From NCBI GenBank assembly GCA_028285385.1, contig JANQPR010000030.1, positions 1 to 47,352 of the forward strand: a DNA stretch of 47,352 bases. The letters are read 5' to 3'. Source of the stretch: Phycisphaera sp. (GTDB lineage: Bacteria; Planctomycetota; Phycisphaerae; Phycisphaerales; Phycisphaeraceae). Under the pieces are notes generated by a model, which had not been told where the DNA came from, searched no databases, and worked only from the letters and a program-made list of their open reading frames with translations. The translations under genes were made by a program, and so were the position numbers. Positions 1 to 10,551 of the stretch are shown here, one piece after another (positions within the stretch are counted from its first letter, which is position 1; each line of letters starts with the position of its first letter).

Positions 1-615
1 CTCTACCACGTCTGGCCCGATGAAACCCTCAAGCAACGCATCGACGAACTCGAACGCCTGCACGTGGACCGGCTCTACGCGGAGCCCGGCGGCATGCACC
101 TCTTCCTCACGCGCGAACTCCGACCCGTGCCCGACACCACGTCCTTCGGCCACAACGTCGAAGCCGCGCACCTGCTCCACGCCGCACACCGCGTGCTCGG
201 CCGGACCAACGATGTCCCACGCCGCCTCGTCGACCACGCGCTGCGGTTCGGGGTCGACGAACAGTTCGGCGGGCTCTTCAACGATGGCTCCGCCTTCCGG
301 CCCGCCGTGGGCCGGGACAAGGCTTGGTGGGCCCAGGCCGAGGCTCTCTATGCCTTTGCGCTGATGCACGAGCTCCACGGCCGGGACGACCCCCGGTACC
401 GCGTCGCGCTGGGAGAGGTCTGGCGCTTCATCGTCGACCACCAGCTCGACTGGGAGGACGGCAACTGGAACGCCCAGGTCTATCGCGACGGCACGCCCAA
501 GCCCGGCGAGAAGAAGGCGACACACTGGAAAGCCGCCTACCACACGACCCGCGCCCTGATCGAAACCCTGGCCTTCTTGCGCGATGGGCCCGCGGAGTCG
601 ACCAACGCGCCTTGA
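1..615 (+). CDS. N-acylglucosamine 2-epimerase (AGE) family protein, C-terminal part; 5' end lies outside the window
   Basis: The frame is open from nt 1 with no upstream stop. W-x-QAEALYAFALMHEL and HWKAAYHTTRALIETL segments resemble the (alpha/alpha)6 AGE / cellobiose 2-epimerase fold. Confidence 0.5.
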   Translation, partial: LYHVWPDETLKQRIDELERLHVDRLYAEPGGMHLFLTRELRPVPDTTSFGHNVEAAHLLHAAHRVLGRTNDVPRRLVDHALRFGVDEQFGGLFNDGSAFRPAVGRDKAWWAQAEALYAFALMHELHGRDDPRYRVALGEVWRFIVDHQLDWEDGNWNAQVYRDGTPKPGEKKATHWKAAYHTTRALIETLAFLRDGPAESTNAP

Positions 616-797
616 GTCCCTGGCCTCGTGTTCCACTGCTTCGGAGGCTCGGCCATGCGTGACGCGATGTTGTTCTTGATTCTGACGGGTGGCCCGCAAC
701 ACACCCAGAGATTCATTCAGCTTGCTCGGGGATACGGTGTCCACGTCAAGGTCTGCCTCGAGTTCTTCCGCATCATCAAGCCGCGCAGCGACACCTA

Positions 798-992
798 TTG
801 CGCGAATCGCTCACACCTCGACGTCTGCGAGGGCGGGGCGTACCAGAACATGGCGGAGCACATCGCTCGCCCTGCGGCCGAGAGCACTACGTGCAGAAGC
901 CGAGGTGGCTGGCAAAACACTTCGGCAACGAGCCGGCGGTCTTCGGCTGGGAGCCGTGGAACGAGGTCAACGCGATCGGCGGCGGCGACTGA
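798..992 (+). pseudogene. Possible glycoside-hydrolase remnant in a frame-broken 0.5-kb stretch
   Basis: The short peptide AKHFGNEPAVFGWEPWNEVN carries an NEP/WE-x-WNE glycosidase-like acid-base motif. The surrounding reading frames are fragmented, with no full-length ORF. Confidence 0.2.
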
Positions 993-1099
993 GTGCCGCG
1001 GACACGCGACATGATGGGAGAGCTTTAACGCACTTTCCCGAGAAGCCTCGCGATGCAAAGCCTCGGCAGTTTTGATCACGTACCGATGCGGGGCGCGCG

Positions 1100-3052
1100 C
1101 TAACGTCCGTTGTGCGCGGCCGATTTGGGCGGGAGTTGGAGCGTGACTCGGATACGTACCTCGCCACGGCGGTCTGCCTCCTGGCGTACACGCACGCGCA
1201 TTACGCCCGGATTGTCAGAGTCTGGCGCACCGGGCGGCGGGCTAGCCGACTCAGTGATCAGTTGAGTATCCAATGGCAGTTCGCAGCGAATCGTCATTGA
1301 TCGGTCGCCGTCTCGCAGGACCAAAGCGGCCTCCGTGTCTGCGCGTTCGATGTCCGCTCGGGTCAGCATGGCCCAATCCAGGTACTGCCCGGGCTGCAAA
1401 CCGGAGAGATGGTCTTCGATGACGACGCGACGAGCGGATGAGTCGAATGTGAACTTGCGCGTTGCTTGGCCGGCGGGCAGCCCCAGCGTGGCCGAGAGAT
1501 CGACCACGGCGACACCGGGTGTCTGTCCCGGGACCTCCGGCGAGAACGAAACGACCTCTGCTTGGCCGTCGACACGGTGGCGCTGCTCGTTGAGCGTCAA
1601 CGTGTTGTGCCAAGCGTTGTTGTTTCGTCGCAGCGACCACCGGTCGCCGTCCTGAGACCGGTCCCACAGATTCAACCCGAGTTGCTCGATGCGGTTGTAC
1701 GAGTCGTTCGGCAGGTCGATGGCCCACCGGACGCCGTCGGCGACGAACACAAAGGTGCCGTTGTCGAGGTGCGCATGGCTGAGGTTGCCCCGCCCGGCTT
1801 TGATCGCCAGGTACATAGCGTCGGGGTCGGCCCACGGGCCACGGAAGACCGCGACGTCGACCGGGCCGCGTCCGAGCCAACTGGTTGGCTGGTCCGCGGA
1901 TTTCACGCCGCCCGGATTTTTGTGTCCTGGCCACCAAAACAGGCTGAGCGGGTAGTACCGGCGTTCCCGATCCGTCTCGTCCTCGATGACGTGCTGCGCG
2001 TAGCGGCCCAGATCGAGCATGGCTGCGGAGTCGGCCGACCGGCGCGCGAGCCAGACGAGTGGCGGTAGCAAGCCGGGCCGCGCTCCAATGTCGCTGAAGT
2101 TGAACGTGAGGCCATCGGGAGCAACGGCGAACCGCATGAAGTCAAACGATTTGGCAAAGCCCGGGTAGCGCTGCAGGAGGCCCAGGTCGGTACCCAGTGC
2201 GGTATCCAGGGTATCGAAGAGGATGACCTGGTACGCGGTGCCGTAACGCCAGTATCCGGGGCCTTCGGGGTACACGCCGTCGGGTTCGTACTGTTCAAGC
2301 GTGTTGGGCGAGAACTCCTTGACGTGGCGAAGCGCCGTTTCTGCCCAGCGCGGGTCGTGATCGGCGATCGCCAGCGCCGCGACGACCTGCCCGCCGTGGC
2401 AGACCGAGTTCCAGTTGTGCTCCGCGCGTCGCCACCCGGCCTCCTCGTCGCTCAAGTGGCTGATCCCGAGCCGCAGCAGCGTTTCCACGACACGACGCCG
2501 GGTCGCTTCGTCCATTGTGTCACGGACCCAGTCGTAGCCGAGTCCGACCGCGGTCGCCATCTCCGCCACGTCCAACATGTGGCTGGGGTTCCACGATTCG
2601 AACCCGCACGCGTTCAGCAACTCCTCGGTGACACGATCTGCATAACGACGGTCGCCCGTGAACCGGTATGCAACGCCCAGCGTGGTGACCCGTTCGAGCA
2701 CACGCTTTGAGGTCGACAAGAACCGTCTCCCCTTCATCTCGGGCACGACGACCGGTTCGTCGAGCAAGAGTTCGGCTTCGCGGATGACCCAGTCGATCAG
2801 CGACGCCAGTGACTCGTCGTCCTTGGCCAGTGTTTTAACCCGACTGACCGCCTCGTCGGTCGCGATCAAGCGGGGGTGAGCCGCGAGTACGTAGTCCCCG
2901 ATGCGTTCAACGCGCGGCGTCGGCTCGGCGTGCGCAACAATCGAGACGAGCAAGAACGCGACAAATAGGCTTGCCGTTCTTGCCGCATGCCTCAGCCGGC
3001 ATGTGGGTGCCGCCGACGTCTGTTGCATCGTCCGTTGATGTAGCGCAATCAT
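1100..3052 (-). CDS. Heparinase II/III-like polysaccharide lyase, secreted
   Basis: 650-aa ORF with an N-terminal hydrophobic signal (LFVAFLLVSIVAHA). The C-terminal HAHLDNGTF...WAIDLPNDSYN motif is typical of heparinase II/III-like lyases. The true start may be the internal Met near 3028. Confidence 0.55.
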   Translation of the reverse strand: MIALHQRTMQQTSAAPTCRLRHAARTASLFVAFLLVSIVAHAEPTPRVERIGDYVLAAHPRLIATDEAVSRVKTLAKDDESLASLIDWVIREAELLLDEPVVVPEMKGRRFLSTSKRVLERVTTLGVAYRFTGDRRYADRVTEELLNACGFESWNPSHMLDVAEMATAVGLGYDWVRDTMDEATRRRVVETLLRLGISHLSDEEAGWRRAEHNWNSVCHGGQVVAALAIADHDPRWAETALRHVKEFSPNTLEQYEPDGVYPEGPGYWRYGTAYQVILFDTLDTALGTDLGLLQRYPGFAKSFDFMRFAVAPDGLTFNFSDIGARPGLLPPLVWLARRSADSAAMLDLGRYAQHVIEDETDRERRYYPLSLFWWPGHKNPGGVKSADQPTSWLGRGPVDVAVFRGPWADPDAMYLAIKAGRGNLSHAHLDNGTFVFVADGVRWAIDLPNDSYNRIEQLGLNLWDRSQDGDRWSLRRNNNAWHNTLTLNEQRHRVDGQAEVVSFSPEVPGQTPGVAVVDLSATLGLPAGQATRKFTFDSSARRVVIEDHLSGLQPGQYLDWAMLTRADIERADTEAALVLRDGDRSMTIRCELPLDTQLITESASPPPGAPDSDNPGVMRVRVRQEADRRGEVRIRVTLQLPPKSAAHNGR

Positions 3053-3094
3053 GTGGCTTCCCGTGCGTTGTGTTCAGATGGTCAGGATGAGGCG

Positions 3095-5632
3095 CTACTC
3101 CGCGACAAGCAGCGGGAAGCTCGCCCCGAGCCCTTGTCGTGGAGCATCTTCATTGTCAAGATCGATAATCTCCCCGCCGCGTTTGTTCAGTCGGACTGTG
3201 GTTAAGAACGGCTTCTTTCGGCCAACGTTCTCGTGCAGCGCGAGGCTGAGTCGGCTGCCGCCGCTCACCAAGAACATGGGTTGCGGGTAGTTGAGCCGGT
3301 TCGAGAGGACGTACGCGTAGACCTCGGAAACCCCCTTGTTGATGGTGTAGACCTTTGGTTGAAGCTGCTCTGTCTTATACCCAAGGCACCAGTACTTGCC
3401 GCCGTTGTTCAGGACGTGCGGCCTCAGGTATCCGGCTTGGGAGTCGTTGACGAAGTGTTCTGGGTTGTGTTGTCGGGCCCACACGTTCTGCCCGTTGATC
3501 GTCAGGAACGAGGTCACCGAGTCTTCGATGAACAGGTCGCCGGCACCGGGTTCGAGCGTGATGTCGTGGATCCCGACGCTGCGGACGACAAGCGGGCGTG
3601 GGCTCTGGTGGTGGATCCGGATCCGGCCGTAGATCGCGTCGATCCGTTCGATCACCAGCGGCCCGTCTTCACGGTCTCCGGCCGTGACCAGTTCAAGGCT
3701 GGTGCGGTCACGCCCGTCGTAAGCACGCAACTCGGACTCCAACCCAATGATCCGTTTGACGTGGCCGGGCACGGTGACCGTGCCATCGGCGAAGCCCCTC
3801 GTTCGAGCGGCCAGATACACCGTGGAGCGTCCGTCGTTGAGCGCAGCTTGTAGCGCGGGGGCCCAGTTAGGCTCCTCTTGGCGGGGCAGAGACGCGGGTT
3901 CGAAGTCGTGAACGCGGACCCATTCGGACAGCGGGGCAAGCGGGACTTTCGGCGCGTCGACGATCGGGAGGCGAAGTGTTCTGCCCTCGGCGTCGCCAAG
4001 TGTGATCGGTTCCCGTCCGGTCCACTCTTCCAACTCAAGACCCGACACGGCAATCCGACCGTCATGCTCGAGCAACACTCCGTACCCCTTTGCATTCACG
4101 TCACGCAGCAGAATGTTCGGCCCTCGGGCCGCGATGGCGGGTCCACCATTGCCACCTACCAAGTCCGCGGTGATCACGTTGTTGAAGACTCCGCGGAGGT
4201 CCAGAGCGAGTACCTCGTTACGGCTCTTGAAGCGGTGAAGCGTTGCCTTGTCAGTAGCGCGGAGACCGACTTCCCGTTGGTCGCGAACCAAGATGTCTTC
4301 GAGGGTGAGAGACTGCCCTCCGGCGGCAAGGACTCCGATGTCGAAGCCCTCGACCTCGACGCGTTGCACCAGCTGAGGCCCCGCGTCTCCGTGCATCAGC
4401 AACCCGATCCGACCGCTACCTTCCGGTGCGGCCGACCGGATCACCAGGTCGCTGGCGGTCCCGGAGTTGGAGGAGAAGAAATCAAGCCCCACCGCTCCGG
4501 GGTTGCCGGCACCGATCTCGATGGTGAGGTTGCGGACGCTGTTGCGGAAGGCTTGGGCCACGCCGTATGAGGTGACCAGGACAGCCCGCGGTTCGTCCGG
4601 GTTATCGAAGCCGGTCGCTCCGTCCATCAGCCGCAAGACGACGCCGTCTCGCGACTGGCCCTGAACGATGCGTCGCGACGGGGCGCTGCCACGGCGCGAC
4701 GGTGCCCGGATCTCATCGGAGATGAGGTACGTCCCGTTCGGGAAGTAGATCAATCCGGCCTTGTTGTAAGCGGCCTGAATGGCGTCGGTGTCGTCATGGA
4801 CCCCGTCGCCCTTGGCCCCGAACGCGTGAACGTTGAGAATGCCTGCGCTTGGTGGGAAGACAACCCCGCCCTCACCGCGTTCGATGACAGATTGGTTGGC
4901 GGCGAGCAGCGCTTCGGCCGAAGGGTTTGATATCACTTCACTGGCGGGCCCCGCCAGCCGGCGTTGGGCGCGGTGGGCCAACGACGTCCCGACGGCGTAG
5001 CCGCGTAGCCTCACTTCCATCCGCGTGTGGTCTTGGTACGCGGCGATGTAGAGGTGAAGCGCATCGTCGGCCTTCATCTCGACGGCAACCCCGCCCAGTT
5101 CAGCAGACTCGCTGTCGTTCAACGACCATTCGTCGATCAGCTCAAGGCGGTCGCCGCTGCGATGGATAAGCAACACCGTGGTAGGCGGCAGGCCCGGCCC
5201 TCGCCCCGTGACTTGGCCGGAGATCTGTCCGTCGATCCCGTATCGCCCCTCCTTAGGAGCGGTGAACGTCAGCGCCGCGGCTTTGAGGTGCCTTACGGTC
5301 TCCAACGGGCCCCCTACCACCCAGCGGTACTCGCCGTCAACCACGCGTACGCTCGGCATGTCTTCCTGCGCATGGTCTGTCGGCCGCCAGTCGGCGTGGG
5401 TTGGATCCCAATCCATCGGGCGATACGCGTCGGGGTTCAACGGTTCTGCAGGAAAGACCTGATCGAGACGCCAACACCAGCCTCCTGCCGATTCATGAAG
5501 GGGGTTCCCCTCGTCGCCACTCCATTGCTTCGGTGCGGCCACCGTCTCAACGCCCGCGGCCATCGCGGGCACCTGTAGCACCAACCAGCACGCCAGCGTG
5601 ATAGGACTCAAGTTCCAAAAAGCGTTGAACAA
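3095..5632 (-). CDS. Secreted right-handed beta-helix glycosidase (pectate-lyase-superfamily / GH55-like, two tandem beta-helix domains)
   Basis: 845 aa with a signal peptide. NVHAFGAKGDGVHDDTDAIQAAYNKAG is the first pectate_lyase_3-type motif, and a second ALQAALNDGRSTVYL block lies later. This gives a two-domain GH55-like architecture. Confidence 0.5.
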   Translation of the reverse strand: MFNAFWNLSPITLACWLVLQVPAMAAGVETVAAPKQWSGDEGNPLHESAGGWCWRLDQVFPAEPLNPDAYRPMDWDPTHADWRPTDHAQEDMPSVRVVDGEYRWVVGGPLETVRHLKAAALTFTAPKEGRYGIDGQISGQVTGRGPGLPPTTVLLIHRSGDRLELIDEWSLNDSESAELGGVAVEMKADDALHLYIAAYQDHTRMEVRLRGYAVGTSLAHRAQRRLAGPASEVISNPSAEALLAANQSVIERGEGGVVFPPSAGILNVHAFGAKGDGVHDDTDAIQAAYNKAGLIYFPNGTYLISDEIRAPSRRGSAPSRRIVQGQSRDGVVLRLMDGATGFDNPDEPRAVLVTSYGVAQAFRNSVRNLTIEIGAGNPGAVGLDFFSSNSGTASDLVIRSAAPEGSGRIGLLMHGDAGPQLVQRVEVEGFDIGVLAAGGQSLTLEDILVRDQREVGLRATDKATLHRFKSRNEVLALDLRGVFNNVITADLVGGNGGPAIAARGPNILLRDVNAKGYGVLLEHDGRIAVSGLELEEWTGREPITLGDAEGRTLRLPIVDAPKVPLAPLSEWVRVHDFEPASLPRQEEPNWAPALQAALNDGRSTVYLAARTRGFADGTVTVPGHVKRIIGLESELRAYDGRDRTSLELVTAGDREDGPLVIERIDAIYGRIRIHHQSPRPLVVRSVGIHDITLEPGAGDLFIEDSVTSFLTINGQNVWARQHNPEHFVNDSQAGYLRPHVLNNGGKYWCLGYKTEQLQPKVYTINKGVSEVYAYVLSNRLNYPQPMFLVSGGSRLSLALHENVGRKKPFLTTVRLNKRGGEIIDLDNEDAPRQGLGASFPLLVAE

Positions 5633-6137
5633 GGTGGAATCTCCAGTTCGCTGTGTTTCTGCGCCGGCGTGCTGCAGGGAAATCAGATGGCGTCATTCAT
5701 CAACCGAGACGAAACGGCCCAAGAAGTCCTCCCCTCCTCAACACATGAAACATCTGTAGTAGCACGTTTGCGCATCGTTGTAATGGCCGAATCGGCAGAT
5801 TGCGCTTGGTTCAAACGTCTGAACGCATGCAGAAAAGTGGCGACCCGCTTCCCACCCAGAGCTGACGATCCGCGAACGCGATACGGGCGCGTTCAACACG
5901 GCATATCCGCGTCAAGCCTTCGCCATGGGCGGAGATAGCTGTGCGCAAAAGGCCAAATGAGTTACGCAGGTCTGCTCGAGATGGTGTGGGCGTGTGCTAT
6001 TACCTGTAGTGCGTGTTGTTCTCCGCCGCGGCCTCCTGGCGGCTTTGCTCAGCGGTTTGGAAGACGCGCGCCCCGATCGCCGGCGGCGATTCACACACTG
6101 CCTCTTACTTGCCCCAGCTTCCCACCCCTTGCAGGTC

Positions 6138-9100
6138 ATGATGTCGTACCGCAGTCCCGCAGTTGTCGCCGCGATGCAACCGAGTCCTTGCCTCGAATCG
6201 CTCGAACGGCGGGTGCTATTCTCGTCTACCGTTTGGCCGTCGCTTCCGAACGGTGACCTTGATCCCGACGCCGGGGTCATCGATGTCGTCCGCGAATACG
6301 GCATCGACAACACCGACTCGGGTGATGACACCGCCCTGATCCAGCAGGCGATCCGTGACCACGTCGGGTCCAGCCGGGTGCTGTGGTTCAGGGACGGCAC
6401 GTACGTGATCTCCGACACCCTCGACTGGAAGGACAACACAAACCAGTTCCGCAGCCGGCTCACGATCCAGGGCGAGAGCGAAGCGAACACCGTGTTCGTC
6501 GTCCCCGACAACACGCCCGGCTTCGAGAACTCTAAGTCGGTCTTCCGGACCAACTCGGCCAACCCGGAGGCGGCGAACGGCGGCGGCAACCAGGCGTTCC
6601 GCAACGAGATTCTTGATCTGACGATCGATGTCGGCAACAACGCGGGCGCAATCGGGATCGACTACGTCGTCAGCAACTACGGCTCGATCGAGAACGTGAC
6701 CGTCCGTTCAGACCCCGGGGCCGGCAACACCGGCATCCGCATGGACCGGGAGTGGCCGGGCCCGGGACTCATTCAAGACGTCACCATCGACGGCTTCGAC
6801 TATGGCATGACGATGCGTTTCCACGCGCAGCTGAGCATGACGGTCGAAGACTTGACCCTTCGAAATCAAGCTGAGCGCGGCATCCTCCTGTTTCGCAACT
6901 CGCTCTATCTCAACCGCCTAACGAGTGAGAACACGGTTCCGGCGATCGAACTCCAGGACCAGTTTGGGCACGTGGTTCTGATCAACTCGTCCTTGACGGG
7001 TGGCGACGCCAACGCCGATGCGATCATCAGCGGCGGCAAGGTTTACGTCCGCGACACGGTGGTGGAAGGGTACGGCTCGGCGATCGAAGACACCCGGCCC
7101 GCGAATGCCGATGTGCCGATGAACGGCCAGGGGTCGACCACGATCGATGAGTACTACACGGACGCCGTTGAGCGTGCGTTCGTCGACGCCCCGGACTCGG
7201 CGATCGGTCTACCCGTAGAGGACATGCCGGACATCGATCTGGGCGACCCGAACGCGTGGGCCAACATCCGGGACTTTGGCGCAACCCGCAACGGCACATC
7301 GGACAACGATCGGGCGGGTATCCAGGCGGCCCTCGACTCCGGCGCCCGCGTCGTGTTCATCCCGGCGGGCCAGTACACGACGAGTGACACGCTGGTCGTC
7401 CCCGAGCACGTGGAGTACATCGTCAGCGCGAACGCGTTCATCGACCAGTGGGGCTCGGCTTTCAACTCACAGAACAGCCCACGCCCGATCTTCCGCATCG
7501 AGGGCGAGACCTCAAACCCCTTGATTATCGAGGGCCTACACGTCGGTGGGAGCTTCGGGTCGGGGACGCTGGCGGTCGAGCACGCGTCCACCCGAACGCT
7601 GGGCCTCAAGCGTTCGGAGTTTTCCAGCAACGACGAGGGGCTCGGCTACATGAATACCGTCGAGGGGGGCAAGCTCTTCCTCGAGGACGTCATTCTGCCA
7701 CGCATCCGTGTCTACGGCGATCAGTCGGTCTGGGCCCGGCAGCTCAACGCCGAGTTCGGCGAGGCCCCTCAGATCTTTAACGACGGCGGACGCGTTTGGG
7801 TGCTGGGCATGAAGACCGAGGGCACGATGACGATTGCGGAAACCCGAGGGGGTGGTCAGACGGAGATCCTCGGGGCGTTTATCTACCCCACCCGCAACGA
7901 CGCCCCCGCAGATCGTCCGCTGTTCCGCGTCGTGGACGGCAGCCTCTCCGCGACTTATGCCACCAATCAGTTCGACTACCCGATTCACTTGGAGGAAACC
8001 CGAAACGGCGTAACCGAACAGGTGACGACGGGCGAGGTTTCAGGGCGGGGCGCCGGCCTGCTGTCGGCCGGGGGTGCTGCGATCGCCGGGCGGTCGGCTG
8101 TGTTGACCGACGACGCTTATGTCCGCGGCGGTGACTTCGCCGGCACCAACTTCGGAGACGACACCAGCCTCACGATCAAAGACGTCTTAGCCAATAGCTT
8201 CGACCGCACGAGCTACTTGCGATTTGAAGTCGGCGCGACTCAACTCAGCCATGCACTCCTTCGGCTGACGCCGGTTTCGATCACAGGAGATGCACGGGGT
8301 GAGAGCTTCCGAGTTCAGCTGCTGGATGACGCGAGTGATTCCTGGAGCGAGGGAACGATCACCGGCAACACGGCCGCGGGGTTCACCGCCATTGGGCCCG
8401 CCTTGGATTTCTCGGGTAACGACGTTGACGTCGACCTACCGATGTTTTTTGACGTCACCGACTTGCTTAACCAGTCCGGCAATGCCAACGGTGTCGCCAC
8501 GTTCCGGGTCGAAATGATCGGTGAGACGGGCAACGACCCTCGGCTGCAGTTTGCATCGAAGGAACGTGAAGAAGCCGTATTCCACCCGGAGCTGACGGTG
8601 AGTTTGGCGGGTGACTACAACGGCAACGGTCAGGTCGAGCAGGGCGACCTGGACCTGGTGCTGCAGAACTGGGGAGCCGGTGTCTCGGTTCCTGGCGGGA
8701 TTAACGGCTGGGTGAACGACGCCGCGGGGATTGCGATCGTCGATCAAGACGAACTCGATCGAGTCCTTCAGAACTGGGGGCAGCAGGTGAGTGTTGCCGT
8801 TCCAGAACGGCACACCGTTCTCGCACTGACGGAACCGGTGTCGGCAACCGACTCCAGCTTGACATTCTCTGACTCGCCGGCATCCATGCTTGCCGCCACG
8901 ACGCGGCGTGGGCTGCATGCCGTTTCGCCGCCTCCGCGAGTACAGACGCTGTCCGGTCCGGCGACGATCAGGGCATCGAGTGATCCAACCTCGTTGCCCA
9001 GGCCATCGCGAATCGCGGTCGAGCCCAACGCAACACTGTTTCAAGAAGAAGCCCAAACTCAGGACGACCGCACGCGACGCGAAGTGTCTCACCGGCATCG

Positions 9101-9218
9101 GCGGATGACATGGGCCTTGTACCCCGGGCCAACGCAACGACCCGGGGCTTTATCGCCGACCGTTCGCGGGGACGGCTTCGACCCGTGGGACTGGAAAAAT
9201 GGGTCCGATCCGCGTTGA
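6138..9218 (+). CDS. Paralogous double beta-helix glycosidase (GH55-like) with C-terminal dockerin-like repeats and a low-complexity tail
   Basis: Two pectate_lyase_3-like motifs (DDTALIQQAIRD..., DNDRAGIQAALDSGARVVFIPAG) are present. The 22-aa repeat GDYNGNGQVEQGDLDLVLQNWG occurs twice near the C-terminus, followed by a tail rich in S, T, P and R. The start was chosen at ATG 6138; the ORF track opens earlier, at 5994. Confidence 0.5.
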   Translation: MMSYRSPAVVAAMQPSPCLESLERRVLFSSTVWPSLPNGDLDPDAGVIDVVREYGIDNTDSGDDTALIQQAIRDHVGSSRVLWFRDGTYVISDTLDWKDNTNQFRSRLTIQGESEANTVFVVPDNTPGFENSKSVFRTNSANPEAANGGGNQAFRNEILDLTIDVGNNAGAIGIDYVVSNYGSIENVTVRSDPGAGNTGIRMDREWPGPGLIQDVTIDGFDYGMTMRFHAQLSMTVEDLTLRNQAERGILLFRNSLYLNRLTSENTVPAIELQDQFGHVVLINSSLTGGDANADAIISGGKVYVRDTVVEGYGSAIEDTRPANADVPMNGQGSTTIDEYYTDAVERAFVDAPDSAIGLPVEDMPDIDLGDPNAWANIRDFGATRNGTSDNDRAGIQAALDSGARVVFIPAGQYTTSDTLVVPEHVEYIVSANAFIDQWGSAFNSQNSPRPIFRIEGETSNPLIIEGLHVGGSFGSGTLAVEHASTRTLGLKRSEFSSNDEGLGYMNTVEGGKLFLEDVILPRIRVYGDQSVWARQLNAEFGEAPQIFNDGGRVWVLGMKTEGTMTIAETRGGGQTEILGAFIYPTRNDAPADRPLFRVVDGSLSATYATNQFDYPIHLEETRNGVTEQVTTGEVSGRGAGLLSAGGAAIAGRSAVLTDDAYVRGGDFAGTNFGDDTSLTIKDVLANSFDRTSYLRFEVGATQLSHALLRLTPVSITGDARGESFRVQLLDDASDSWSEGTITGNTAAGFTAIGPALDFSGNDVDVDLPMFFDVTDLLNQSGNANGVATFRVEMIGETGNDPRLQFASKEREEAVFHPELTVSLAGDYNGNGQVEQGDLDLVLQNWGAGVSVPGGINGWVNDAAGIAIVDQDELDRVLQNWGQQVSVAVPERHTVLALTEPVSATDSSLTFSDSPASMLAATTRRGLHAVSPPPRVQTLSGPATIRASSDPTSLPRPSRIAVEPNATLFQEEAQTQDDRTRREVSHRHRRMTWALYPGPTQRPGALSPTVRGDGFDPWDWKNGSDPR

Positions 9219-9477
9219 CCCCAGCCAGTGAGGGAAACAGTGAGTACGAGGAAGGGCGAGCCCACGTCGTGAGGCGCGATCGCCCGGCGAGGCGATACGG
9301 GATCAATACCGACCCATGCGAACGCGAGCCGTGCTTCGCATGAACAAAAAACAATGACGCAAAAAACGCACGATGACGCGTTGATCCATGTACCTTCTAG
9401 TCAGCGATTCACGGTGAGATTCATGGACTTTTCGTTTGTTCTCGAGTTGATTCAGCATTTCAGAGGAGATCATGTAG

Positions 9478-10386
9478 ATGACTGTCAAGACCAATCTTAA
9501 AACACTGTTGGCGGCCACTCTCGCGGCTTCTGCCGTCGCTTCGACCGCGACCGCAACAACGATCGTGGTGAACGACACATTCGACGTCGGCGTCACGCCG
9601 TTCGACGACGTCAGCGACCCGCTGGACATCGGGTGGACGCCGATCAGCAACGCGCCGACCCAGGTCAACGTCAACACCATGGTCGGTGCCGTCGGCGATC
9701 CCGGGATCGTGATCGGCAGCGGGAACGTGCTCGACGAGGTGAAGAACGGCACGTTCGGCGGCATCCGCGGAGCCCTTCCCACCAACAGTTTGCTCACTCT
9801 GGGCGTGGGTGACAAAGTCACGGTGACTTTTGATTTGGCGTTGTTCGACGCCCCCGGCGGGCCGGCCACCGGCGCCGGCAACGGTGCGGGCTTCCGCTGG
9901 GGCTTCTTCGACGCTGCAGGCTACGGCGCGTTCGCCCAAACCGGCGTCGGCAGCGACGCTGCCAACAACGGTCACCGGGTCCGTCGAGACGGAATCGCCA
10001 GCCTTGACGACTTAATGGCGGGCGGCTCTTTGGCCGAATTCGATGGGCCGAACGACGTGGTCAACCTGGCGTCGATGCCCAATCCGTTGCAGGTGAACGT
10101 CGCGTACGACGCCGAGTTCATCGCGGAGCGTATTGCCCTCGATACCATGCAGTACACCGCGACGATCAACGGCACGTCCGCGATTTCGCTGGACGTCGAT
10201 GACGCCGGCGACCCCAGCGACAACCTGTTCGACTACAGCGGCGGCTTCTTCGTGATCCGCACCGGCAACGCACAGTCGGACATCCGCATCGACAACTTCA
10301 AGGTTGAGGTCGTGCCCGAACCGACTGCCGCGGTCTTCGCGGGTCTGGGCGGACTGATGCTGGTCCGTCGTCGGGCCGGTCGCTGA
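9478..10386 (+). CDS. PEP-CTERM sorting-signal secreted protein
   Basis: Signal peptide MTVKTNLKTLLAATLAASAVAS and C-terminal VPEPTAAVFAGLGGLMLVRRRAGR (PEP motif, TM helix, basic tail). A GGAG-type ribosome-binding site (RBS) lies upstream. Confidence 0.7.
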   Translation: MTVKTNLKTLLAATLAASAVASTATATTIVVNDTFDVGVTPFDDVSDPLDIGWTPISNAPTQVNVNTMVGAVGDPGIVIGSGNVLDEVKNGTFGGIRGALPTNSLLTLGVGDKVTVTFDLALFDAPGGPATGAGNGAGFRWGFFDAAGYGAFAQTGVGSDAANNGHRVRRDGIASLDDLMAGGSLAEFDGPNDVVNLASMPNPLQVNVAYDAEFIAERIALDTMQYTATINGTSAISLDVDDAGDPSDNLFDYSGGFFVIRTGNAQSDIRIDNFKVEVVPEPTAAVFAGLGGLMLVRRRAGR

Positions 10387-10551
10387 CCCCGGACTTCCTC
10401 CAAACGCCTCTCGCTCGCCCCAACGGGTGAGCGAGACCTTCGATCTCAGCTCAGCGCGGGAAACTCGGCTCCCTTGTTTGCACGCCGCGTCAGGCGCGTG
10501 CGCGAGCCAAGACACACCGCACTCGGGCCCTTTCGTCAGGAGCCTCGGACC

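Noticed and set aside
5994-6137. Earlier start (5994) for the second beta-helix glycosidase
   Set aside because: The upstream extension is Arg/Leu-rich, has no signal peptide and overlaps spurious antisense ORFs. The ATG at 6138 was preferred, with low certainty.
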